Of a DNA stretch of 55,118 nt, positions 11,495 through 23,100 are shown in pieces. The position numbers were made by a program, and so were the translations under genes. Numbering within the stretch: position 1 is the first letter of the stretch; every line of letters begins with the position of its first letter. Source of the DNA: Girardia tigrina (lineage: Eukaryota); NCBI GenBank assembly GCA_001938485.1, contig MQRK01137262.1, forward strand, positions 1-55,118, given 5' to 3'. The notes beneath the pieces are model-generated. The model worked only from the letters and a program-made list of their open reading frames with translations. It was not told the origin of the DNA and searched no databases.

Positions 11495-13410
11495 ACCTGG
11501 TGATGTCATCATCATCCATTTCGAAATCATTGAACCATCCAGCAACGTAACGCGCTCTTCTTGACCACCCTTCTACTAACTCAGAGACTGACTCGCTCTT
11601 CTCATCGTCACTCGGCATTTAAGTATATACTAAATTAGGGCGTTTTCCACAATTCTTGGTCGCCGCCTTCACGAACACTGTATCCCCAGACACAAAATCG
11701 ATCTTGTATTGTTGTTCATTCCATAATTTCCACGTCAGAAACCGCCATTCATACGAATAAACACCGTTCCTAGGAACCGAATACCTATTTAGCCCTACTT
11801 TCGGGGTCACGTTATAATAATACACCATGTCTAGCACATCTCCACCGGATCCTACCGCCATCCCTTTAATAGTACTATGGTTCCCCTCGACAATACCGTT
11901 TCCTGACGGGCGATATGCACATTGATACCTCATTGATACATTCCATGTTCTACAAAATTCCTGTACCGTTTGTAAACGGAAACCTTTACCGTTATCACAT
12001 AACTCTCACTAAAGATTCGCATCCTATATTTCCGCGATGATATTGACACTTTCACTTTTGACCCGTTTCCAGATTGCAAAATGACTCGGTCCCCAATCAA
12101 TACTTGAGAAGAAAATTACCCCCCCAAAATGTGTAATGTCATACGCTAGGCATTGCCAAGTTCTTGTTACTTCCAACTGACTTCTAGGCTATAGCACAAC
12201 ACATGCCTCAAGGGACAAACACCGAGTGCACCCTGCCACCACCTTGGCAACTACACTCTCATCTGCCTTTCTACAGATCTTTTTGACTGCAAAAAGTGTT
12301 CTATTCACACCAAAATTATGAATTGCATGAATAGCTCTCACCTCTTCCCTAACAGCAACTTTCCCAGGAGTAGCTAACATCATGACTCTTTCTTGCTTGA
12401 AAGGAAAGCTGGTCAGAATATCAGCTTTGTGTTGGGTCTCCGGGAGAAGATTGTAAATTTCTCGAAGACCAAACAAAAATTATTTCCGCTGATTCGACTG
12501 ATCTAAGGGATGTGCTTTCCTTGTGCTATATACTGATATCGATGAATTTCTTTTCTTTTTCCTGTATTCATACATCATCATTTGTATGTTTTCAATCTCC
12601 TCTGCCTTCGTTACCCCGTGAATCGCGATCTCTTGATCGACGTTATCATCGTCAATCATATTAGCATAGACCAAGTTTGATAGTTCTTTCTTACCAAAAT
12701 TTTTCTCCACTAATTTTTCGATTATCTCATCTACTTTGCGGAACGCAAGTGACGGGTCACCGCAACCTACTCTTAACTCTATTAGATCTTTCATCAAATC
12801 CAAAATAGATTTTTCTTTTGAAATGCTGCTCGCATTTTCTCTTCGCAAGTACTCCCTGGGGCCTTCTCGTATCTCAGAATCGCATCTGGAGTCAAGTAGG
12901 GTGTTGCCAGTAGGATTTTTCTCTCCTCTGATAATCCCATAATCTTTGAATACCTGTTAAAACTTATCAGGAATTCTTCTAAATTGTGTTCGGATCCATC
13001 GAATGTTTCTGAACCTTTGATGTTCGGAGTCACGTGGTGTGAAGTCGCCATGTTAAGAGAACTCACACATTTGACAGAACATTTATTACATTCACATTTC
13101 TTATCATCTTTATGATGATCAATAGTATTGCTGTCACTTAGATCCATCAATCGATTTTCAATATCTCCCATTATAATCTGAAATATATTTGAGAAGATTA
13201 TTTTATTTAAGAATATTTAATTTAAATTTTATTGGCTGAAATATTTTTATAGTCACTTTTAAATATTAATTTGATTTTAATTATTTAAAAATTTACAAAA
13301 ATAAAATCAATAAAATTATTTAAAAGTGGCAATAATAAAAATTAAAAATTTGAATATTAAATCTATTAAATAAATTAGTTTCAGATTATAAGAAATTAAA
13401 TATTTATAAT
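11495..13410 (-). mobile_element. Internally deleted Gypsy LTR retrotransposon (family A): 5' LTR end, PBS, gag, integrase
   Basis: LTR end TTAACA|TGGCGAC at 13051/13050; gag (ETFDGSEHNLEEFL...) 12480-13171; integrase HHCC (HAIHNFG...CTRC) and DDE motifs (YDITH, CDNG, GNGIVE) 11619-12430; RxRxxxxWxxDF pol tail. PR/RT are deleted. Confidence 0.85.
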
Positions 13411-14810
13411 CCATCTGGTTAGGAGAAGCACAATCCAAAATAAACATACAACATTTAACCATGCAAACACTACACAACAACATCCACACACCAAATATTC
13501 CTCACAGGGATCTCATTTTACATCTGTTTTTACCTAATGTCAGAAAGTACTATAATTGAATTTTCCCACTGAACACAAATTTATTTTACAGAAAATTTAA
13601 AGACATAAACGTTTTTATAAGAAAATGAGAGACTCAAAGTGTTTATTTATAATAAAAACCGACCTGACTAAAATTTATGTGAAAAAATCAAAAATGTATT
13701 CTACTGTATTATGATACTATACCGTATTAGGCTTTAAAACAACTTCTAGAGTTTTCTCATGTTTTCATCAGACAAATCATCTCGATTTCTTTTCTTACTT
13801 TGTAAGTTTAGAGCTGAATGTTTGCCTCGAAGCAGCCAAGAGTCTACGTGCTTTGTAGAATAAAAATATTTTATTGGAGGGCCGACCATTCTGATGAATA
13901 AAAGTGCCGAGACTGTTTTTTGTCATAAGCGAAGCTCTCGTTGGGGTGATTATCAAATTCATTTGTGAGAATCCCCTTTCACACTCGCTGAAAGAAATGG
14001 AAATTGTATTAAGAGCATGTATCAGAGGAAGAATTCTTTCAGAATATGTTCTTTCCGTAAGATAATCACGGAATCCATGAATGATTTATCTTGCGTTAAG
14101 TTGCAGCCTACTACATAATTTCTCAATTTCCGCTTCTCCAAATGTCAACTGGTTGTTCATGTTATCTGTCCAATGGCTCTGATCTAGTATGATAGTCCAC
14201 AGTAATCTTTTCGCAATTGATTCGCTAAGTTTTTCGTTAGAGACATTTACAACAATAGGAGGGTCATTTTTGCAGTTTCTGTTGTGTAGTACAATTTCAT
14301 TTAATATTAGATGCTCAGCAGCTGCTGTTGCACTCTTGTAGTATAGGCCTGGATTTTCCCTTCGTTCCACGAACACCTGTACGAGTGATTTTATTTTTTG
14401 ATTCGCTTTATAAAGATTCATGTTTCGCTGCTGTAGGTCCAAGCTCAATTCTGATAACTCTTGAAGAGCATCACATATCAGACCAAGATCCATCACAAAT
14501 TCAGTTGATGCTATTTTCTTCTTCAACCCTTCATATGTACATTTATCATTGTTACTTCTTGTGAGATCAGTCATTGCTTCTTCAAAATGATTTACGAGAG
14601 CTGCATAATTATTCCAGACTGCAAACACTGTACAGAAACTTGACGAAACCCATCGTGTACTTAAAACCCGTCCAATTTTTCATAACTCTACTTCAAGTAA
14701 TTTAGCATATGAATGCAGTTCTCTACTATTTCTTGGAGAAGCATGGTATATTACTTATAGCCTATCAAGGAATGATTTAAATCTATTGACTCCTAAAACT
14801 TCCTTTACAG

Positions 14811-15224
14811 CAGTGTTTCTCAACCGGTGTGTCGCGATTGGATCGACAGTGTGTCGCGATGAATTGGTGTGTCGCAGATGTGTCGCGAAAAAATGGTGTG
14901 TCGCGATGATTTGCTTGATAATATGCAATACTCTTAAATTTTATATAATAATTTTCAAGATTCAACTTTGTAGTGTAGAGTCTACACTGTAGACTGTATA
15001 CTGTTATCAAATAAAATNNNNNNNNNNNNNNNNNNNNNNNNNNNNNNNNNNNNNNNNNNNNNNNNNNNNNNNNNNNNNNNNNNNNNNNNNNNNNACTAGA
15101 GTCTAGAATTAATACTTTGAAAACCTCAAAGTTACATAATAACTTCGCTTGATAACAGGTGTGTCACAAAATTTCATGTATTGTGTCGAGTGTGTCATTC
15201 GGAAAAAAAGGTTGAGAACCTCTG
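14811..15224. mobile_element. Non-autonomous hAT (Charlie/Buster-type) element
   Basis: TIRs CAGTGTTTCTCAACC / GGTTGAGAACCTCTG; perfect 8-bp TSD CTTTACAG (14803-14810, 15225-15232); TGTGTCGCGA subterminal repeats. Contains the assembly gap. Confidence 0.9.
15018..15094. other. Assembly gap (77 N)
   Basis: Run of N. Confidence 1.
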
Positions 15225-15681
15225 CTTTACAGTATCTGCTACTGATATTTCAAGTATGTGATTAGCACAGTGCCAGAATATCACCGATGAAAATTTATCA
15301 GTAAGTAGCTTCTTTACTCCACTTCTGCATCCCAACATGACAGATGCACCATCAAATGTAACAAACTAAATAGTTCTTTAAGTATTCTTCACCCATCCCA
15401 TAATATTTAACACAGTTTAATAATGCAGTAAAGATTGCGTTGGCTGTGACACTTTGAAGTTCGACTAAATCCAGAAATAAATTTACTGGTTCTTTCATTT
15501 CATTGCCTTCTATACAACTTCGCAAGTATCACTATAAGGGTTGATTTTCTACTCAATGTCGTAGACTCATCGATCATCAGTGACATTTTACTTTTGGAAT
15601 TAACCACTTCTTTGACCAGCTTCTGTCTCATTTCAGTGCTTATATGGTTCACAATATTAATGCATGCATTTGTCGAATGTA

Positions 15682-16918
15682 TTGGGTTGAGGAATAAGTT
15701 CCCGCCTTTTTTTGAAAAATGAAAATTTTATTTTTTAACAAAAAAGTTACTAAAAATTAATAACAAATATAATGTCCGCCATTATTCACGACTTCTTCCC
15801 AACGTTCAACGAGTTTTTCAAGGCCTCTTTGGTAGAAATCGCCTGGTCTTGACTCGAAGAATTCAGCCAACCAAACTTGCGGTTCTCCATCATTGTTGAA
15901 CGAAACACCACGTAAAGCGTTAAAAAGCGAACGGAAAAGATGAAAATCAGATGGAGCCAAGTCAGGTAAATACGGAGGGTGCGGTAACACTTCCCAACCA
16001 AGCGTTTGAATGGCTTTTTTTGTCATTCTGGCAATATGAGGACGTGCATTGTCGTGTTGCAAAATAAGGCCATGTTGTCGATCCGGATGTTTTTGTCTTA
16101 TAGCGGCGTTGAATCTATGCAGCTGTTGAACATAAAGTTCTGCGTTCACTGTTTGGTTTTCAGGTGGTTCACGACAGTTTTTTGATCACAATCCATTTGT
16201 TCCGCCAATTCTCGAGTGGTTTGACACGCGTCTTTATGCAAAAGTTTGTTCAAACGCTCTTCATTGAATTCATTTGGTCGTCCTGAACGAGGTGCATCCT
16301 TCAGGTCAAAATTGCAAATTTTAAATTTTGCGAACCAATTACGAGCGGTTCTATGAGCTATAGCACCTTCTCCGTATACAGCAAAAAGCTCTCGGGCAGC
16401 GTCTGCGGCTTTGGCGCCTATTATACGCAAACAATAGATGGTGTCGGAAATGCTCATTTTTGTCGACTTGATACTCCATTTCAATGGTCTAAAAATCGAC
16501 AAAAATTAATCTAAATAAAAAAACAAAATACACCATTTTTTAGAGCAAAACAATAGCTTTCAAATAGCATATAACATTACATCAAAAAATTGATTTAAAT
16601 ATTAAATTGATTAAAAATTCAAAAAAACGGCGGGAACTTATTCCTCAACCTAATATATATTGTTCCATTCCTTATATTAACTTACTTTCTATATACTTTA
16701 AAACTTCCAATAATCCCCTGGGGATTATATAAATTCATTTTTTTAAAAAAAGTTGGAAAAACAAGGACATGGAGGATTATTAGAAATTTTTAGAAAATCA
16801 AATTTATTCATCGATTTCTGAATAGCTAGATTCCGAAATACATTACATAAAAAATTTGATTTAAATATTAAATTGATTAAAAATTCAAAAAACGGCGGGA
16901 ACTTATTCCTCAACGTAA
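15682..16918 (-). mobile_element. mariner (DD34D) element, internally deleted, with duplicated 5' end (TIR ends at 16653 and 16918)
   Basis: TIR TTGGGTTGAGGAATAAGTTCCCGCC and two inverse copies; TA on both sides; transposase pieces with PRSGRP, HDNARPH and PDLAPSDFHLF. Confidence 0.92.
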
Positions 16919-19900
16919 TAGAATCCGACCCATGTCTATCCCGTTCATTTCTTGTAATTCAATTTCCATTTCAGAGTTATTAAATGAATGATTTCCTTTT
17001 GCAACTTTGTATGCAATGCGAAAAATTTTAGCCGTCACTTTAAAACTACGTTTTCAAGCTTTTCTTTTTCTACTTCTGTTACTATCTTTACAGCAGTTTG
17101 ATATCCAGCAGATTCCTTGTGAAGCAAAATTTTCTTTCGGAGTGAATTTTGCTGTTTCTTTTTATCATCTCCGTAACAAGATACTTCTCCATCAGTCCAT
17201 TCTTTAGATATTTTCATGCCCATTTTTTCTTCTATGCCAAGTGTTCCAACCTTTCTGCAGACTGTACAGATTGTACTGTACTTTTTTTTCTTCTAACGCA
17301 CAGCCACTCATATCTTCCGCAGAAGTCTAATTTTTGCTCCAATGTCCAACAAATTGGCTGATCATTGTCCGAGTCTATGTCTACATCGCCTACACACGTT
17401 TGTTCTGAGACTGTCGTTTGAATATCATTACCTTCTGCAAGTTCTTGTTTCAATTGTTTGCTTACCGGAGCAGCAGCTGGGAAAAAAACTTGAGATTTTC
17501 TTCATTTCAAGGCTTTTTTGTTTATTTAATTATTATTAATGTTAAGGCTGTTTATTTAAATCAAGTTTATTGTAATTCAATTATTCTCTATCACAATTTA
17601 AAAATTCAGAATTCACTAACCTATTTGAAATAATTATTAGGTAATGTCGAGTATTCAATGTACTCCTAAATGTTTTTGACTAATTAAATAAATATAAAGG
17701 TAAGTCATATAAGCACTTTTATGGTTCCACATCATTTTTTTCAAAAATCAATTTTTCGAAAAAAATAGTTATCCTTTTATATTACATTATGTTAATTTTC
17801 TTCATCATATTTTTCGACAACGTAAGAAGTTACAACTTTGTTAAGATCATATTTTAAATTCTATTTCTAATAATTATTATCAAAAACGTTTAGAAATAAA
17901 TCAAAATTTCTTATTATGAGAATTTTCCGTATCAAAAATCCAAAGATGTATAAATGTTTATTTCTATTACACAATTTAAAAATGTACGTATTAATTTATT
18001 ACATTGATTGATTTGAACAATCTCAGGAGTTTTTATATATTCAGGATCCTTTTATATAATATGATAGTGATATGAATAAGTATATGTATTTTAATTTATA
18101 AATACATAAATATTAATTATTCTTACTTTTATAATTTTCCTGTTTTTCAATTTTTCATATATTATTCAAAATATGATATTAAATGAAAATTTATTTAAAT
18201 TTTCATTCAATACCAAATTTAGAGATGAGAATTTAACTGCAGTCGCTGATATAGGAAAAAATATATTACAAAATCCATTCATAATCCATTAACATTTAAG
18301 ATTCATACGAAATAAGTAATGAAATAAAACAAAACTAATTTGAGTCACCCAAAAAGACAAAAAATCTTGAAATTCAACTTGATGGCGAGGAATCTGAGAT
18401 TAAAAAGTGCTAAATTAATTTATATCAAAAGAAAAATAGAAACAATTCTAACCTAAGAGATAGTTCTTGGAATTGCACGTGGTGAACAGTCAGATCGCCC
18501 ACCATCTGACATGCTAAATAAAAAGCTACACGCGTACCTAGCAACATGATAGAATGATCAGTTTCATGTCCAAATTAAGACAAAAAGGGTAGAAAAATTA
18601 AATACACAATATGACAACAAAAAACATGTATTAATTATGACATTTCGAAACACAGCTCTGGTAAAGTAAATAAAATAAATTCACCAAGAATTTTCAGTAA
18701 TCTTAGCCTTTCAGACACAAAAGATTGTAATTTGAACAAAAGGTCGATACCCGTTCGTGAACTACAGGTACTCTCCTCCGAAACCGGTTTTTTGTATTAG
18801 TATGCAGTGTGGTGTATGTGATCATGATTATGATAATGTACAAAACTTTTGTTGACGTGTCAATTCATTATTTATCTATCCAAACGAATTCGAATATCCT
18901 ACAATTAAGAATAACACCTAATTTGATTCAGCCCGAATCGGAATACGGTGACGGAGACCTGGTAAGGGCATTTAATAAAAAACTCTGAAGACCTAGACCG
19001 ATTCATAGCGTAATGGATCAATGAATGAGTTGCCTTGTATGAAAATTTGAGCGGAAACATCACATACTTAAAATAATTGATATATCTTTATAACAATGAA
19101 ATATCAAAGTTTGAATTGGTTTGTGATTCAATGTAATCAAAATGAAAAACATCAATGATTTTATTATTTAAATATGTATAAGATTGGGGACTAAGTTTGT
19201 CTGCTCTACAGAACTATGTTAATTATATTACAACTAATTAGATTACAACAAATTACGTAACTTAATCCGATTAATTAATTTTCTTAATTTAATTTCTACT
19301 ATGTAACTTGAAGATGCAAATAATTAATTTGCTTTTGAAATATTAAATAAACATTGAAAATAATAAAACCATTTCAGATATTTTAATAAATGATAATCCT
19401 ATAATGTAATTATTAAGTATGTATAGTATAAATAGACTATATTTTGTAAAAAAATATATATACTTTAAACCTATTATAAATTTTTATTTGATTCCTATAA
19501 AAATGTAAGTTTAGTTTATGAAAAAAAATTAACAAACAATATAAATTTTAATAATTTATTATAAAATTTTCATTTCTATGAATAATGAATTTTTAAAATA
19601 TTGCTAAGATAATTTTTTAATTTCTTAGTTCTTTTATTGTTTATGGTTAGTCCAGTTCTGTTTCAGTCGACGTAACTAAATTTCCAATACTAATATTTCA
19701 AAAAAATATTTTTTTGCTCTATTATCAATTATTGCAACCAAAAATAAAGCAAAGTTTCCAATATCAAAAACTTCTAAATTATAACAATTTCTTTACTTGA
19801 ATTTTGTTTGTTTAAATATTTCATTTAAATTTACTTTAATTAATTCAAGTTCAAATATAAATATTTGAATTGAAATAATTATAAATTTCTTTTTTTTCAA

Positions 19901-19979
19901 ATGTTATTAATTTTAAATAATTGAATTTATGAAATATTTTCCTCGCTCATAAAGAGATTTATTTCATAAATAAATAAAA

Positions 19980-20180
19980 ATGGGTTCTTCTTCTTCAAAA
20001 CCGATTCCAAAATACAAATTCATCAACACCGGTGAAGGACAATTAGAATCGAAGACCGACAATTTAGAATACGAAAAACGATGGGAAACTTTCATCCAAT
20101 CGTTAGATGTCGGCCCGGAAAACGTGAGACAAATCGATCAATTAGATCCAGATCAAAAGGAACAATTACTTTTGAATTTT
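19980..20180 (+). CDS. FMNL: FMNL exon 1 (MGSSSS..., putative N-myristoylation site)
   Basis: ATG at 19980, 67 codons, donor GTACGA at 20181. Confidence 0.85.
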
Positions 20181-23100
20181 GTACGAGTTTTATTTTATGA
20201 GATTTTATTTCTATTTGTTTCTAAAAAATGATTTCGATAAAAATCAAAAGGAAGCCAAAAATCCGCGATGTTCTGCCTCTCATTATGTGGCGTTGATTAA
20301 AGCGTTAAATAGCGGCAAAAGTGTGAAAAAAGTAATCAATCAAAAATTTGACATGAGAAAACAATCGATTTATTGTCACGTTTCTTTACAGAGTTTCAAT
20401 AGGAAGAGTGAAGATGATCCAGTGCATGTTCTGTCGGCAATTGAGGTGTCGTTACGTACGAATAATGTCGAGTAATTATTGGATTTAAATGATGAGAGGT
20501 TGAGATTAGGAGCGTTTTTGTGTCGAGTCTTTTGCTATTTATTTGGGGGTTTTTTGATTATCGAGAGATTTGATAAGGCTAGCTTGAGAAAGTAATTCTA
20601 GAATATATTTCGATAATTTGTAATCTTCCTCATCTCTTAATTTCTGTGGGATTATGAATGAAACCGAGTTATTTTTATTAAATAAATGCAAACAGAAGAG
20701 TTAAAACAACAATTTCATTAATTATCAAGAGATTTATATTGGAAGAATATAAATTTAATGACACAAACTTAAGAAAGTTATTCTAGAAAATGTTTCGACT
20801 ATTTTTTTATATTCATCATTTACTAATTTCTATCTTATTACGAATATAAAAACCAATAGTTTATTTATTAAATCAATACAAAACAAATGAATTAAAGATT
20901 TAACTTTAAATTGATTTTAATGATTTGTAATAACAATAAAAAAATTAATATTGAGATTGCTTTACTTGCCCATTTTGGATATTATTTAATACAATTCGTA
21001 ATTGAGATCAGGGTCATCTGTACTTTACATGGAGCTTTATTTAAGAATGTCTAGTGATAAAGTTAAAAATAAGATCTGTTTAGAAATGTAATTGTAAAGT
21101 TTTGAAGAAAACCAAACAAACGTTAATTTAATTAGCTAGATTTTTTTTCAATAAATGTTTCTAAAAATAAAATTATAAAGTTTAGTTACTTAACCAGAAC
21201 GGAAGATTAAAAAGGAAGTAGCTAGAATCACCAAACAGAATAAGTGGGGCTTTAAAAATTAACCATTCGTAACTCAATATCTTAAAAAAACATAAATATT
21301 GTGTGAAACAGTAGCTTTTTGTAAATAATGAAACACGTAATTTTTGTTTTTATTGATCTTTAACATAAACATATAAAAAATTATAAAAAAGGGAGTGTTA
21401 CAGTTCTGTCACATTGTGTTACAACGCTACAAAATGATAATGATACAACAATATTTCAATTTATTTTATATAACTAAGTAAATAAAATCCAAAATAATCA
21501 ATTTACCTTTGTGTTTTTTCAAAAATATCAACAATATCAATAGCACAAATATTTTTATTTTTTAAAGAAATTTGCATACGCGCACTCCACATAATGTAAT
21601 AGAGAGAACTGTCAAATTCATCTTCCTACCACCAACGCCATCTGTAGGTACTAATAAATCACCGATGTTGTATAGATCGGTGTGTAACACATAGGCAACA
21701 GTGATTTAAAATGTGATATGTTAATAGTTAGAGATCCTGTAAGAGTTACAACGGTTTGTTACAGAAGTGTCACACCATGTTACAAAGGGTTCATAATTGT
21801 TTGGAACACAATAAATTTCTTTGGAACACAATAAAATGTTTTATTTTCTTTCTTTTTATTAGTTATGATTGAGACCACTTTTATTCCTCCGTTAGATTAT
21901 CTGATTTTTGATTAAAGTTCTGAATTTATTTTATGATTAATAAGTTATTAATCAAAAAATAAATTCAGAACTTTAATCAAAAATCAGATAATCTAACCGA
22001 AGAATAAAAGTGGTCTCAATCATAACCAATTAAAAGAAAGAAAATAAATAAATGACAATACGGCATGAGTTCTACCTGTATTATCTACAGATTATTAGAC
22101 GAATAATTTCATAAATTTCCGGCTGACAGTTATGTTAGTTGTCAATCTTGGCTGTGGGAGTGAAAAAATGAAGGTTCTAACTTCTCCATGATTGATTTAA
22201 AGAAGGCATATTTGTTAGTGAAGATAGCCTCAGACATTTGAAGTATCAAGCAGTTATTTGATGAGAAATTTTGGGTCAGTCTGACGATCACATCGAAAGT
22301 CATTTCTGATATAGTTGAAACCATACTCAGTGAGGAGCTTATGATTTCTGCATCGGGATACATTGATGACGTATTGATTGTGGAAGTCTGTTGTAATGCA
22401 GATAAGGTGACAAGAATGTCTTAGCTGTTTGGGCTGGAGTCTAAACCAGTGGAAAGAATTGGCTTAGGCAAAGATATAGGATGTTTGGACTGAATGTGAA
22501 AAGCAATTTACAGTAAAAAAGAGATCAATATCTTGTAACTAGAGATCTTGATAAGGCAACGAGACGAGAAGTACATTGAAAATTCGGGGGAGTAGATGAG
22601 TCATTTACCAGTTGAGGGATTGATATAGGTTGTTTGAGTTTACTTTCAGAGACTGACAACAAAGCATAAGATAAACTGGAATGAAGTAATTTTTTAAAGA
22701 GGTATTAAAATGTCAATTAAACCAGGGAGAGGTTTATGATTGATGGAGATCCTGAAACAGGCAAGTTTGTGATTAATTTTAATGATAATGTTGACAGATA
22801 CAAGTATGATGTAAGGTTCTTGTGTTAAAATATTTTTATTTTATTTTTAATAGCAAAGATAAAATATATTAATAATAAGGGTTAACCTAATGCATCCTTC
22901 TTTTTAATCCGTGTCGTTACGTAATCACAAAATAAAAATAAAATTGGCAAAACGCCCATTTAAAATTTGGATATAGTTTAAAGTTTATATATATATTAGA
23001 TAGAATTTGATGTTCAAAACCAATACATTTTGAGAACTTTAAAATTTGTTTAAAATCTTATTAATTCTTGAAAAATAGTTTGGCGTAAATTTTTCATTGT

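Larger units (their letters stand above)
13734..17505 (-). mobile_element. hAT transposase pseudogene, KIAA1586/ZNF862-like, interrupted by two nested insertions
   Basis: Reassembled minus-strand translation has DMGRILHS, MIDEST, FDGASVMLG, WHCANH, STRWV and SECERGFSQMN motifs, with many stops and frameshifts. Confidence 0.85.
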
